64,000 nt of DNA from Negaprion brevirostris. Taxonomy: Eukaryota. Location: contig JARDVH010000031.1 of NCBI GenBank assembly GCA_030324005.1, positions 48,834,035 to 48,898,034 on the forward strand, given 5' to 3'. The translations under genes and the position numbers were made by a program. Below are positions 25,079 through 38,770 of the stretch, one piece after another. The notes beneath the pieces were generated by a model. It did no database searches. It worked only from the letters and a program-made list of their open reading frames with translations, and had not been told where the DNA came from. Every line of letters starts with the position of its first letter. Within the stretch, counting starts at the first letter, position 1.

Positions 25079-28000
25079 CAAATGTCTCAGCTTCTTCTGG
25101 AGATTTTATTGCTAATTCAGCCAGTGACCATCACAGTGTCATCGCAGGCTTAATAATCCCCAAAACATCTTGGGATAATAGTGATTTCCTTTTACTTTTC
25201 ACTTATCTCAGCCATATGTATTGAAGCAATCTTCACTGAGACACATGTTCCCTAACTCTAGTTAAAAATTGGGTCCTGATACCTGCATTGTCACCCTCTT
25301 GTTGAAGCAACAACACCTGCTCCCTTGTACTATGCAATAGCCAGAATGGTAGAAGATGAACAACATGGACCTTAGTTTCCTTCTGTCCAGCAATTCTTCT
25401 GTTCCATTGTCTTAAGTTTTTCAAGTAGCATTATGATGATTTATTCTGAAGGATGCCCCTACCACTGACTCTAACCCTCTCTGTGGCAACTATGTGAGGT
25501 TGAATCAGGGTGTTTGCAAACTTGGGGTGGAATTCTGCCATGTCCTTGTCGGTGTGTTCAAAGGTAGGTGGGAGAATTCAGAGGGAGGCCCACAAACTGA
25601 TTTTATGCCGGCGTGAATTTCTCATGGGGTCTTACATTTGTGCCTGTCATGGGGGATTTACAAACCTGCTAGTGGCCTCATGAAATTGATTTGCATCCTA
25701 TTAATTGGATGCAGGTGAAGGCTTGACCGGAATCATCTATTGCACTCCTTCCCTGCAAAATGCTGATTTTCTGCAATGCCAGTGGGAAACAACACCGGTC
25801 CAGCGCATGCCTGGACAAAGTGGCGTGAAGAAATCAGACTTACTCAGAGAATACCTAGGGCTGCCGCTGGAGTTCAGATGGAGCTTACAGNNNNNNNNNN
25901 NNNNNNNNNNNNNNNNNNNNNNNNNNNNNNNNNNNNNNNNNNNNNNNNNNNNNNNNNNNNNNNNNNNNNNNNNNNNNNNNNNNNNNNNNNNNNNNNNNNN
26001 NNNNNNNNNNNNNNNNNNNNNNNNNNNNNNNNNNNNNNNNNNNNNNNNNNNNNNNNNNNNNNNNNNNNNNNNNNNNNNNNNNNNNNNNNNNNNNNNNNNN
26101 NNNNNNNNNNNNNNNNNNNNNNNCCTGGTGACAGAATGAAACAACTAGGAATCACAAAGGTAGGCTGACAGAGTTTGTTTACTGACATCAATGTGGATAA
26201 TAGTGTAAGGCATTACAAAGACATAGAAGTGAGAGAAAGCACCATGTTCCATTCCTATTGCTAAACTGTCTGCTACTGGACTATGGCTCAGTACTCCCAC
26301 TGACCTGTGGGGGAGCACACTTTCCAGGATACTAATGATCAGAGAGGGGAGCCAATCCATGTGTTTGCTTTCTTAACCTGTACAGAATGGAGAAGGTGTA
26401 TGGCTGGGGAGCCTGCCTGCTAGATACTATTATTGGTGCCACAGACTTGTGGATGGGCTACTGAACTGTGACCACAGTGATGACACACCCTGTTGTTGAC
26501 AGAAAATCTCTAAGTGCCAGGTTCCTGACTCCACACAAGTCAGGAACGGGCTGTGCCACACTAAGTAATAGGATTTGGCAGTTCACTGGTAGGCAGTCCA
26601 ATGGGATTGCTGCTGCATGAAATCATCCATCTGTTAAAAGCTGTATCTCTAAAGTCTGCAATTTCCATTCTTTTCAGCAAAGCCAGGTTGTGAACTGGTT
26701 TAGCTTAGTTTAGCTTTTCACTTAGCAATCTTTGCTACCTTGACCTGCCCCTTGCTTGCCAGTACTTACTGAATTCCCCATTGCAGATTTCTGTGTTGGT
26801 GGTTGACTGTAAGAATCAATTCCATTGCACTGGTAGTAATGAACAAGACTTCTGATTGACATAAGAAAAGGGGAGAGGGGTGAGGATTGGGAGATAATTC
26901 CAAAATCAAAGAATAACACAAGTGGCAGTGCTGCACCATTGCTGCAGGTTACTTACTGCAGATATAATTTGGACTTGCAGCTTGCCTCAGCCATGCAGAT
27001 AAGGATAATGCAAAAGCTATGACAGGCCTCTTACTTGAGCATCTGCATTGCCATTGCGCTAACTCTCATCTGCGTCCAGCTGAGTGATCAAAATCAGCAG
27101 CACCGTTTCAAAGAGCTGCCACCAAGTTTCTGTCTTTTTGAAGTTAATGTAAAAGCAACATTTAATTGCTGCTTGTTGAAAACATTTGCATTTGAAAATA
27201 ATACCAGAATCCAGCATTCAGTATGTCACTGCAGTAGGTACAAGCCTTCCTCTGTATCCTTGCCTGAGATAAATAAATTTGCTGTTCTGTCCAGCTCCAG
27301 AGAACAAAATGCAGGATGGCACACAATCACTCTGATAAAGTACTTTCAATTTGTTTTTAAGCAAGGGATGGAATACTTCTAAAATAATCTTCAAAATATT
27401 TACACAAAACATTAAATAATCTTCATTTTTATTATTACACAAACAAAATAATGCAAATGCTCAAAAAGCATTGAGATAAGTAGCTCAGCTGTTCATCTCA
27501 AAACATGCTGAATGTATGCTTGCATTAGCACAGGCACTTTATTCTTAATGAAAAGCCTAAAAGTCTGAATTCACCAGAAATGCTAATTATGATTTGATTA
27601 GACAAGTTATTTCAATCGGTACATGCTCTTGAGGGCATACATGTTTGCATCTACGGATTGTAAGCAGATGGTTGATGCAGCACTCTGCCAATGAACAGGC
27701 TTCTGTATGTGGCAAAGCCAGAAGGGGCAACCACAGAATACAACTGCATTGTTGTACGTACATTGTTGGAACAACTTAATATTTTAATTCTTGATTTGTT
27801 TTCAGTTACAATAATGACCTCTTTGCTTGTGATAATGCATATATTACTTTTTTTTCTTTGGAAACAATAGAGGCTATTACACTGATAGTCAGTGCTATAA
27901 CTAATGCACATTGGGTGCTGAGGATTGCTCAGCCCCCAATATGTGCCAAGTTGTGTAATGTGACTGTGAAACCATGAGCTTGTGCACATAGGTGCATAGG

Positions 28001-28282
28001 CTCATCAAAATCCTGGTAATGATCCTTAGGCGTTGAGAGCACCAGCGAGCACCGCTAATGACATGCCTCTGTGAGCCTTATTCTTCATGTTTTCACCTGG
28101 AGGGTGCTGCGCTAGAAGCCTTCTGGACAACCTGTGATGGTACATAATCAACCTGTGATGGTACACAATCCAGTAGGTTTTTGAAAAGCTGGAAGTATAG
28201 GAAAGATGTAGGAAACCCAATAGCTTGCAAGTCCTTCCTCTAGTAGTAGTAGTGCTACTAGTATGTACATGGTAGTACATAG

Positions 28283-29020
28283 TGGAGAACATGCCCGTCC
28301 ACATCAATGGGGACAAAGTAGAAATGGTTGAGAGCTTCAAGTTTTTGGGTGTCCGAAATACCAATCACCTGTCCTGGTTCCCGCTCTGCCAACAATATAG
28401 TTAAGAAAGCCCACCAATGCCTCTACTTCCTCAGAAATCTAAGGAAATTTGGCATGTCTGCTACAATGCTCACCAACTTTTACAGATGCATCATTCTTTG
28501 AAATTTGACATGTCTGCTACAATGCTCACCAACTTTTACAGATGCACAATTCTTTCTGGTTGAATCACAGCTTGATATGGCTCCTGCTCTGCCCAAGATT
28601 GCAAGAAACTACAAAGGGTCGTGAATGAAGCCCAGTCCATCATGCAAACCAGCCTCCCAGAGTGAAGACTCTGTCTTCACTTTCCGCTGCCTTGGAAAAG
28701 CAGCCAGCATAATCAAGGACCCCATGCACCCCAGACATTCTTTCTTCAACCTTCTTCCATTGGAAAAAAGATACAAAATTCTGAGGTTACATACCAACTC
28801 AAGAACAGCTTTTTCTCTGCTGCCATCAGACATTTGAATGGACGTAATGGACCTATCTTGCACTAAGTTGATCTTTCTCTACATCTTAGCTATGGCTGTA
28901 ACACTATATTCAGCACTCCTTTACTTTTCTATGAAAGGTATGCCATGCCTATACAGCGTGCCAGAAACAATACTTTTCACTGTATACAAATACATGTGAC
29001 AACAATAAATCAAATCAAAT
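28283..29020 (+). mobile_element. Rex1/Babar LINE 3' fragment
   Basis: VHINGDKVEMVESFKFLG, VKKAHQCLYFLR.L.KFGMS; tail aataaatcaaatcaaatc. Confidence 0.9.
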
Positions 29021-29024
29021 CTCT

Positions 29025-29680
29025 CTCTCTCACTGCAGGAAAAACTAAGGCACATTAGGAGAGGGGGAGGATAGGTGGGGGCCGTCCTGACATCAGGAGC
29101 CTGATGGATTTTGAGGAATGGGCAGCCCAGCTGCCAGGGGCAGAACCTGACAGAGCCTGTTGAGATGGACAGATGGGCTTGCAGCCTCCATCCTTTAAGG
29201 ATCCATGTATTTCATAGAAACCTAAGGGCCACAAGTTCTTCCATGCTGAAGGCAGCTCATGCAGTCACTTGTGCTCTCCTCTCTCACCAGCAGGAGAGGA
29301 TAAGACAAGACAATGAAGCCCTGTTCAGCAGTCACAGCAGCATACAGATGACAGAAGACATTGAGCAGGAAGAAGAAAATGCATCTCTAGAAGCATCAAA
29401 GCAGTCACCTGCACCCTTCACCAGTCCAGAGACACACACACCTTAGTGAACAAGATCTAGTTCAGTAAGGGTCTCACATTATGGTGATCACTGCTTGGAC
29501 ACATACCTGCTGCAGGAGGGGACAGTGACAACCAAGCTCACCAGCACTTGGAGGTCTGCTGGGGAACAGGCATCTGGGAGGTTTGAGTCTGATGAGGAGT
29601 CCCCACTATTGGCCATCCATGAGATGCTGCAGAGATAGCAAGAGATTGGGGAACATCAGGCAGAGATGGCGGAGGGGAGG
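29025..29680 (+). mobile_element. Remnant of a Harbinger Myb/SANT-like second gene
   Basis: After the acceptor ctctcactgcag: EKLRH..RE..RIGGGRPDIRSLMDFEE, resembling the TGGG-P motif that follows Myb/SANT domains in Harbinger proteins; an acidic S/T/P-rich segment follows. Confidence 0.5.
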
Positions 29681-31293
29681 CCTAACTGAGTGAGTTAGGG
29701 CAGCTTTCCTCCTGAGCCTACTCCCCAGAAACACAGATATCAAAAACAGATCCAAAACTGAGAGCTTCAGTTTCCTGACCACCACAGGAATCATACCATT
29801 CGGGACACGGAATTTGCAAAGATCCGTTGACCTCGGGTGGAATCGTCCGGTCTTAGGACAAGCGTGGCTGGAAAATTCTGCCCCTTGTCTGTCATGTGAT
29901 CTCCAGTCGATCACTTCTCCATCAGATAAAGTGATTGCAGTTCAAAAATACAGACATCTCCCCCACCTCCATTTCCCAAGTACAGTGCTGGTCAGTTGAT
30001 TTCTTAGAAAAGATATGCTCATAACTTCATCTTGAATTGTTATGACCTTTTAAAAAAAATCAAGTGTCAAAATGTAATGTCCTTCCATATTTTAAAAGAA
30101 AAGTACAGTTTATGAAAATATAGTTTTCTCAAAGTAGTGTGTCCCCTGCCTTTTAGACTAGATAGACTGTCATTCGTGAAGGCAGATGGGAATTCTACCA
30201 GCTGCACTTATGTCAGCCAAGTTGGATCTCAGGCATTTCCAGTGTCTTGTTTTCAGTGATTAAGGGTCTGGACTAGGGCAAATTAATTCCCACATGTGCT
30301 CCACAAATTCAAATCTTACTTGCTATTACCTTTGCCCATATCCTGCACTTTTACTCTTTGCTGCTATTTTCAGACCATTTGCCATCTCTGCAATGTGAAC
30401 ACACAAGTTGTCCCAACTTGGTCAACATGTCCCTTTTCATGTTCTAAATCATCTGTCCATTACCTCCCTCATTCTCTACTTTTGAAGGTGAATGTGTTTC
30501 CTCATCTGCCATCAATTAAACTTTAATCTTAGCCAGACATTTAAAATGGTGTCAAAGTCTTGTGATTGTTGTTCCTTGAGTACAGCCTTGGATCTTGTTT
30601 GTCTCCCTTGTGGGGACCTCAAATTGGATTCATTTGGAATGGAGTTGGGTTTGCCCGGTCCATTCTGAGCTTTGGCTTTGTAACTTTAAGAATGGAGTAC
30701 TGAGCAGGGTCTTTAGTTTCTACACTATTTGGCTATGGATCAGCAAATTGGCTAACACGGCTTCCTCTAACAGCTATGCCAGATTGATTACAACCTGGGT
30801 GAATAAAATAGGGAAGTGCTGGCCATTTCTTAGCAACAGTTAAATCTGTGCCACAAGCTCTAATTCTAAATCTTCTTCTAAATGAGCAACTATAATATAT
30901 AATATTGTTTTCTGTGTCTGAACTCCACCTGTATTTTTATTCATGTTATATGAGCATCACTGACAGTCAGCATTTATTGCCTATCCCTAATTGCCCTTGT
31001 TAAAGCTATCCGCTTTGTTGAAGCGTTAATTTGTCTTTTATTTGAACCTGATTTGTCTTTCACAACGAGCCAGAAATCTCCAGCAGGGTAGATAAACCAA
31101 CGACGAAGGATATGGCCTCACAGATTTTCTTTCCTGGGGCAGCTGCCACATTCATCATATGGTATCCCTCAATTATAATGATCTATCTGCTTGCTGAAGG
31201 ATATTGTTCTCTTTATGTTTCTCTCCCACAAATAAACCCAGCTAAACGTTGATTTAATTATTTCTTCGATTTGATGCCCAGTGGGAAAAATAC

Positions 31294-31358
31294 CTTGCCC
31301 ATGATTATTAATCAAAACATCTTTTTTTTCCCAAAATAATGGGTTAGCTTGAATAATG
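31294..31358 (-). CDS. Candidate 65-nt exon (IIQANPLFWEKKDVLINNHGQ)
   Basis: ctgtccag acceptor, gtattt donor, phase 2 to 1, in frame with candidate exon 32646-32767. Confidence 0.3.
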
Positions 31359-32100
31359 CTGGACAGTATTATTTTGAAGAAAATTTTAGCATAATGTAAA
31401 TGCATTGTACATCATGTGCCAAATTGGAAAACAATTTCATGCTTCCCTGCTTATGCTGTCCTGCTACTGAGAGGCTCTTCTTGATTTTTTGTTTAGAAAT
31501 TAATGTTTATTAAAAAGTAAAATAAGATCATCACACACCTTAAGTTTGATGTACTCCTTTAATCCTTTGATGTGGTCACTTTGGTCTTTTTGAAGGGCTT
31601 TTTGGAACTTTGAAATGACTAAAAATGATTTTTACTTTATTTCAATTTCTCTCCATCAATGAACTCTCACTTTTATGTAAGCGTTGTTACATTGTTATGC
31701 AAATAAAAAAGACACTTCAGCATTTTTTTAAAAAGTCAGAGGATCAAAGCCACCACATCAGAGGATTCATACCTCAAATTATGTCAGAGAACTGTTTGCA
31801 TTTACTGATCCAAAGTGTTGAGAAATTGTAATTTTAATACGAAGGTGCACAATAAAATGGAATAAAAATAGATTTCCATTTAAGCATCCTGCTTTGTTGT
31901 TCAGTCAAATTAGTCCTTCGATATTCTGAATCAAAAGCAAAATTCTGCTCACGGTTGTTGTTAAGAAATGAATGATTGATTTGTGGCTTGTTGCTTTTGC
32001 TCTCCAATACACAACCATGAGGAATTCTGCTATTTCCATACTCTCACATGGCACTGAGGGTAATGCATAATGTAAAGTACGTTGACACCAGTGTGCTGTA

Positions 32101-32525
32101 TACATTTAACACAGTAAGAAGTCTCACAACACCAGGTTAAAGTCCAAGTTTATTTGGTAACAAATGCCACTAGCTTTCAGAGCGCTGCTGCTTCATCAAG
32201 TGAGTGGGAACTCCCCACTCACCTGATGAAGGAACAGCGCTCCGAAAGCTTGTGGCATTTGTTACCAAATAAACCTGTTGGACTTTAACCTGGTGTTGTG
32301 AAACTTCTTACTGTGTTTATCNNNNNNNNNNNNNNNNNNNNNNNNNNNNNNNNNNNNNNNNNNNNNNNNNNNNNNNNNNNNNNNNNNNNNNNNNNNNNNN
32401 NNNNNNNNNNNNNNNNNNNNNACCAAATAAACCTGTTGGACTTTAACCTGGTGTTGTGAAACTTCTTACTGTGTTTATCCCAGTCCAACGCTGGCATCGC
32501 CACATCATGACTACATTTAACACAG
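32101..32525. mobile_element. Palindromic Penelope-type element with 14-bp flanking direct repeat
   Basis: ~100-bp inverted arms centred near 32210; tacatttaacacag occurs at both 32101-32114 and 32512-32525. Confidence 0.8.
32220..32254 (+). ncRNA. Minimal type I hammerhead ribozyme-like motif
   Basis: cac CTGATGA a ggaac-agc-gctcc GAAA gc TT gtg: both conserved cores, stem I cac/gtg, stem II, and a palindromic AAGCTT in place of stem III. Confidence 0.6.
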
Positions 32526-32645
32526 ACAGAGAATGAGCACATTTTCAAATTTGTAGAAAATTACCTTTTACTCCCACTTTTTTCAAAAAATGTAAGGTTA
32601 AATAAAATTTTAGGTTGCACTCCAAAGGGCAGTGCGTGTACTCAC

Positions 32646-32767
32646 TGATTGATGCAAGGAACTCTTATTTGAGAACAATATAAAATTCCATTTTCACATA
32701 ATAGAAGTAAGTGCAGGATGTGAATGTCCTCTTGATCTTTGTTTGTAACACTTCTCAATCTGCCAGT
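32646..32767 (-). CDS. Candidate exon (TGRLRSVTNKDQEDIHILHLLLLCENGILYCSQIRVPCIN)
   Basis: Open frame lies exactly between a cttgtag acceptor (weak) and a gtgagt donor; phase 0 to 2. Confidence 0.3.
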
Positions 32768-35204
32768 CTACAAGACCCTTTGCTGCACAGCCACCTAAAT
32801 CATTCACAAATCTAATTTTGCACTTTAATCACCCATTAATTTTATGTTGCTTTTGTACATGCAGCTGAACTGTCCTTGTAATATTCAGAGTGTGTTTGGT
32901 TAAGCTGATAATTTACAGCACAGCTACTTTTTATTAAAAGCTAGGGTAATGGCAATGCTTAATAGATGGATTCAACATTTATTCCTGACTACTTCAACAA
33001 TAGTGCTGGTTTCTTCTTTGTGAAATATTTTGGTTCATAACTTCCTGGTTCCTCAGTGTACCTTTTGGGTGGGGGGTGGGGGTGCGGGGGTACTGCAATG
33101 ATATACTGGAGAATCCCTCTAGCAAGTTCCCACTTAAGGGTTTACCTTGCAATTGCCTAGAAGTGCTAACTTCCTCTGGATAATTGTCCCAGGCTGGGAA
33201 CTGTCAGACAAAATGATTTATATCACTAACTTTGGATGGTTCTGCTAATTTTACATTCAAAGGTTCCTCTGAAATAGTGAGAAGGGAGAAAAATTACTTC
33301 TAGCTCCTGAGTAAATACCTAAACACCCAAACTCAGCCTCATGCAGGACATCCTGCGCACACACACATGAGCCCTCTCTCCCACCCCCGAGAAACCACCA
33401 AGCACCCCACACTTGCCACCCCTGACCCAACACCCATTCCAGANNNNNNNNNNNNNNNNNNNNNNNNNNNNNNNNNNNNNNNNNNNNNNNNNNNNNNNNN
33501 NNNCCCCACACTCCATCCCCTACCCTCTCCAGCATGATCCCCCCTCCCCCTCCCACTGTCAGTCCATGCCTTCCCCCTGTCTCCTCCACTCCTGGTCTTC
33601 CTACATCACGCTAAAAAAGGGGAAGTCACTTACCGCTCTGCTCCTCAATTATTCCATACCAAAGCTACCAAGGACATGCTCCGCTGCTCCTGTCTCATTC
33701 AACCTTGGAGATGATATTTGGGCAAGGCAGGCTGTGCAATTTCAGCAAGTATAAGTTCATTCAGAATGGCAGTCTGACAGAGATTGCTACTTTGAGGCAG
33801 TTACAGGCCCTAATGTTTCATGCTAAAGTCAAAATCTGATGGTCATCCTGAAATAAACTGTGATAGTTATATTGTTGGCACGTCATTGTTTACTTGTTAT
33901 TGGCATTATCACAAGATATTTTTACATGTTCAATTTGTCCCTTCACATATTCTTTAATTTCAGCTATCATTTTCTATTATGAATGTCCATCTTTTTTGTT
34001 TCTTTCTGAGAAGGTAACTAGGAAAGGATGAGACCAGCAAAGGAGTTGATGCAAGAGGAGATCTAGCTTACACTTTGCCTTGCTGAGATTGGCCGTGAGG
34101 AGAGTGGCAAGGAAATTGAAAATGAGAGATGAAGTTGTGCAATATGAGGGGACAAATTTGAATTCTTTCAAAACTATTGAAAACAAGTCTGTATTTGAAG
34201 TCTGCACACAGATTTGCCGTAAAGCATCCTAGTAATACGCCAAATATTTGTTCAAACTTTGCTTATTAGATGGTTGTGATGTTTCCTTGTCAACAATGAA
34301 AGTAAGCTTATTGAAGAAGATACAGTTGTACAAATCAGATGTAAATAAAATTCAATACTCAGAACTGGAGAAACTGGAGTAGTTTTTATTGACACAGAAT
34401 AGAAAACCACACTATAAGATGTGCACTGTTATTTACAAAATTCAATTTGCCAGATCATGGAACCCCAGGAACCGGAAGTGAGGCTGTCCAACATCTCAAG
34501 CTTATTCTGCTAGTTATTTTCTGGATGATCTGTACCTCAGCTCGATTTAGCTGCCTCTGTTCCATATTTCTTGATGTCCAGACCTAACAAAATTTAGTTT
34601 AATCATTTTTGATCATGCTGTTAATTAGATCAGAACTTGAAATAATTGAATCAGTTGCAGACTTAATTACCAAGGAATAAGCACAACTGAAGTGGAATGT
34701 AACCAAAATAAGACTTTTTACTAAAATAAGTATCATTTTGTGAGGTGAATTAGGCTTATTGACAGAATAGTTTGCCTAATGCTGCTGACTGAGAGCATCA
34801 TATAGTGTTCTCCTAAAAAGGTCTTTATCAGTGGATGGAACAAGATTATTATAACACTAAAAATAGCTTTCTTAAAATATCGATGTCAGTGAACACCACA
34901 AAAGCTGGATGCTCTGGTTGACTTCATAGTGTGACAGTTGGATTGATACAAGAATTATGCACTTACCATTTAAGAGAGGCATTCTGATTTATGAAATTAG
35001 CAGCATGGCTGGTGCAAGGTCAGTATTTGATCATTGGGTAGAGTTGTAGATACTGTTGGTGATGGAAATTTTATTTTGATGTGCTATGCATTATATTGAA
35101 ACGTAATCTGTATAGTTACATCTTTACCACTTGAAATACTTCAGAATATTTGAGAAACTTGGAGGTTTGATTACAATAAATGGAAGCTGAATGGACACAA
35201 TAAT

Positions 35205-37130
35205 ACAAGAATTAGGAGCAGAAGTAGTCCACTCGACACCTTGACCCTGCACCGCCGTTTAGTAAGGTCATGATAGCTTTGCTTGCTGGTGGGGTCTTCT
35301 GGTCCTACAGAAGTCAATTGATTTTTGGCTGACTCACCACGACCACTGCTGGAAACCCGCCACAGCGTGACTGGAATATCCCACCCTTTACGTATTCTTA
35401 ACAACCTATTTTGTTTCAAGGTTGAAATCTTGTCTGGACACCTCTTCAGACTGAGATTTACACGTCTTGGCTGTAAGCATCATTACGCCATCTTTATTCA
35501 GTCTGCACATGATAGAACTGCACTGGTCGATGCACAGATGCACACAACAAATAAAGCTATTATGCTTCATGTTATTCAGCTGCATCTTTAGCTCTCCTGT
35601 ATATAGACCATGAACTGACTGAAGACAATTATTCTTGGTCTTTTCTGTGATTAATATCTTGGCAATCTTCTGTATGGTCACAAACATTGAGTAATGCTGG
35701 AAACCCTTTTACTGCTAGTCTGCTCGTTTTGACCGGGTAGAATGCTTGTGGTTACCATGCAGATCTGCTGTAGCTGCACTCCAATGTCAATTTACCTATG
35801 CACTGAATGGGTAACCCATTGTACGCAATTAGCTTGTTTGTCTTTGGTTGCATCATTGACTTCCAATGATCCAGATACATATACTTCAGAATTCTGACTG
35901 GTGGGATACTCTCACTTACTCATGTGTCAACATTGGTATGAGTATATGTTTGCCTCTTTCCTTTGGGCATGTGTGGATAGCTTCAAAAACCTGAAACCAT
36001 TTGACGTCATTCACATATTGTGTCAGATAGACAATGCAGAAAGCCCGTTTGTTGTTTGAGATCTTTCTGCTCTGCATCTTCATCCTGTCTTGCAGCTAAT
36101 CTCATATTTGTGTGCTTGCATTTATGTGGGTCTCTGTCCTCCTTGCTATTTCTGTCAGTGTGCTGCACAGATTTCCTGCATAGGCAAGCCCAATGTCCTT
36201 TTACACGACTTAGATTGCAAAGATCTTGGGATGCAGGACAGCTTTGTGGTAGGTGCAGCAGACAGCACTTCCCATATGACTTGTTTGCTTTGTGTATTCT
36301 GGCTCTGTGCAAATACTGGTAGTTGCACCTAAGGCTGTTGTTGTTGTCTGGCTACAGTGGCTTCATGTTTTCTGCCAACTCTCAGCAGTGTGTCAATATC
36401 GTGACTTTGCTTTTTGTCCAAAAAGACCTTTTTGGAAAGCTTCAATTGGTGTTGAAGACATAACCAGTTCCATTATTCATCCGGACAATTCAGCTTCTGA
36501 GAAATCACAGTCCTTACCCTTATCATGGCACTTGCTGACAAACAGATTGATTGATTCTTGTGGCGGTTATCTGTTAGCCATCAGCACTAAATGGTGTATT
36601 CTAAAGTTCACTTTTACATGAAGCTGATCCTTCAGCATGTTCCACAGCTTGGCAGGATTCTTCTGATCTTCCTCTGACAGGTCCGAAGCATTGACTCCTA
36701 CTTTCGCTGCTTGTTTATCCAGTTCTGTGATGGATAAATCAAAAGAGTAAAGCTCTATCCTTTGTTTAAAAAAGCCTAAATTTGGACATGACGGGTGAGA
36801 TTCCTCGGCCTCCCAGCTGCATGTTTCCTGCCGATGGGAAGTGGCACATTGTTTGCTAGCAGCGGGATTCCCCTGGTCCCGCCGTTGTCAATGGGTGTCA
36901 CTGTCGCTGATGCCACTCCACGCTGGCGGGAAACCTGCAGGCAAGGATGTGCTGACAACGGGACCAGAGAATCCCGCCAATGTGAACGGCTGGAGAATTC
37001 TGGCCGACATCTGTGGCCTTCCAATTAATGCTGGTGATTTTACTGGTTATCTACCTGATATTTCCTGTCTTTTTCAAATGCTGTTCTGTAGCTTCTCTGC
37101 TGTATGGGGAGATTCAGCAGCCAGCCACTA
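35205..37130 (-). mobile_element. Decayed, internally deleted Gypsy element (gag-protease-RT start), with a MITE at ~36776-37012
   Basis: Gag knuckle region GKCCLLHLPQSCPASQDLCNLSRVKGHWACLCRK; protease-like NVDT*VSESIP; RT start ELKMQLNNM..NSFI..V...DQCSSI....KDG. Confidence 0.75.
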
Positions 37131-37509
37131 CGTGTTTTACTTCTGCTTTTTGCTGGCTGGAGTTTGATCTTTAAAATTTCTGTTTTGCACGTTTTTTGCC
37201 TTCTGTGTGGGAATGTTACTGAGGACATCACGACACAGCTCATATAAGTGACCAACTCGAAAATTGACTGCCTGATTCACAATGGACTGCCAAATTTACG
37301 ACTGATCTTGCTACCTTCCAATTCAGGTACTCTCAACTCTGTGAAACACTGGCTGGGATTTACAGCTCCGGGGCTAAGTCCCATGGCAGGGGGCAGGAAG
37401 TCAGAATGACTCTGACCACAGAGAGTACAGGGTGAGCCCACCAAATTGTGTGATGTTGACTGATGGTTGGTTCTCTCATCTACCTTACAACTCTCACTCA
37501 TGACTTGGA

Positions 37510-38412
37510 GGAAGGAAGTAAATGTATTGCGGAAGACACAAAAGTAGGCAGAATGGCAAGTTGCGAGAGGGATGCAAATACAAAGCAATAGGAATACGTT
37601 GATTAAGTGGGCAAAATGTGAGCAAATGGATTACTGTGTGGGAAAAGTTTGAAGTTGTTCATTTTGAAAGAGAGAACAAAAGAACAGAGACTTATTTAAA
37701 TGGAGAAAAACTGCAGAAAGGGGGTACTTGAGCATGAAACACAGAAAACTAGCATACAGGTAATTAGGAAGGCTAATGGAATGTTGGCTGTTATTTTATG
37801 GGAGTTGGAGTATAAGAGCAGGGAAGTTTTGCTGCAACTGTACAAGGGACTGTTGACACCACATCTGAAGTACTCAGCAGTTTTTGTCCCCTTAAGGAAA
37901 GATATTATTTCACTGGAGGCAACTCAGAGAAGGTTCAACAGGATGATCCCAATGCGGAGGGATTGTCTTTTGAGGGAAGGTTAAACAGGTTGGACCTCTA
38001 CTCATTGGAATTTAGAGAAATGAGAGGTGATCTCATTGAGACAAGAGATAGGATTCTTAAAGGGTTTGACAGTGTCAATGTTGAAAGGATGTTTCCCCTT
38101 GTGGGAGAGTCCAGGATCAGAGGGCATCCTCTCAGAATAAAGGTTCACCAGTTTAAGACTGAAATAAGGAGAAATTTCTTGCCTGAGGTTTGAGAGTCTT
38201 TGGAACTTCTTACCACAGAGAGCTGTGGGGGCACAGTCCTTGTGTATACCGAAGGCCGTGATCGATTTTTTAATCAGTAAGGGAATCAAGAATATGGGGA
38301 AAGGACAGGTAAATGGATTGAGGAATGTCAGATCAGCCATGAGCCTATTGAATGGTGGAGCAAGCTCAAGGAGCTGAATGGCCTACTCCTCTTCCTATTT
38401 CTTATGGTCTTA
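37510..38412 (+). mobile_element. CR1 LINE 3' fragment
   Basis: QVIRKANGMLA, EYKSREVLLQLYK.L..PHL.Y, RLNRLDLYSLEFREMRGDLIE; tail cctatttcttatggtctt. Confidence 0.92.
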
Positions 38413-38419
38413 TAATTAT

Positions 38420-38770
38420 ACAAACTTCAGGAACCTTAAACCTGTTTGACAGTTGGAAGATTGGGGCTGCTCCACTTCTCAATCCTCATGCCTGCCTCAT
38501 ACACAGTCACATCATCCTGTCTCTGACCATGAACTGAATCAGAAGACCTTGCTTAAGGGTGTGCCTGCTTTCTGGAACAAAGTATCTGGTTAACCTTTCC
38601 CCTCCTCTGATGTCTGAAGTTCAGCTTCTACATCATTAATCCTGAGCCAAAGATCCTCAAACCACACACACTTATTACATATGTGGTGACTCTGAATCAT
38701 ACTGGCATCCATTAGAGCCCATATACTACAGTTGCAAGACATCAACTGTCCTGCATTCTTAATGTGTTTT
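38420..38770 (-). mobile_element. CR1 ORF1 (zinc-finger) 5' fragment
   Basis: SCNCSIWALMDA....HHICNKCVW..DL.L resembles the CR1 ORF1 C..C.MW...C..C pattern. Confidence 0.55.

Noticed and set aside
33964-34012. Plus-strand exon-like segments (also ~19550-19611 and ~47087-47160)
   Set aside because: Plausible splice sites but no coherent frame chain or homology; they show how easily such candidates arise by chance.
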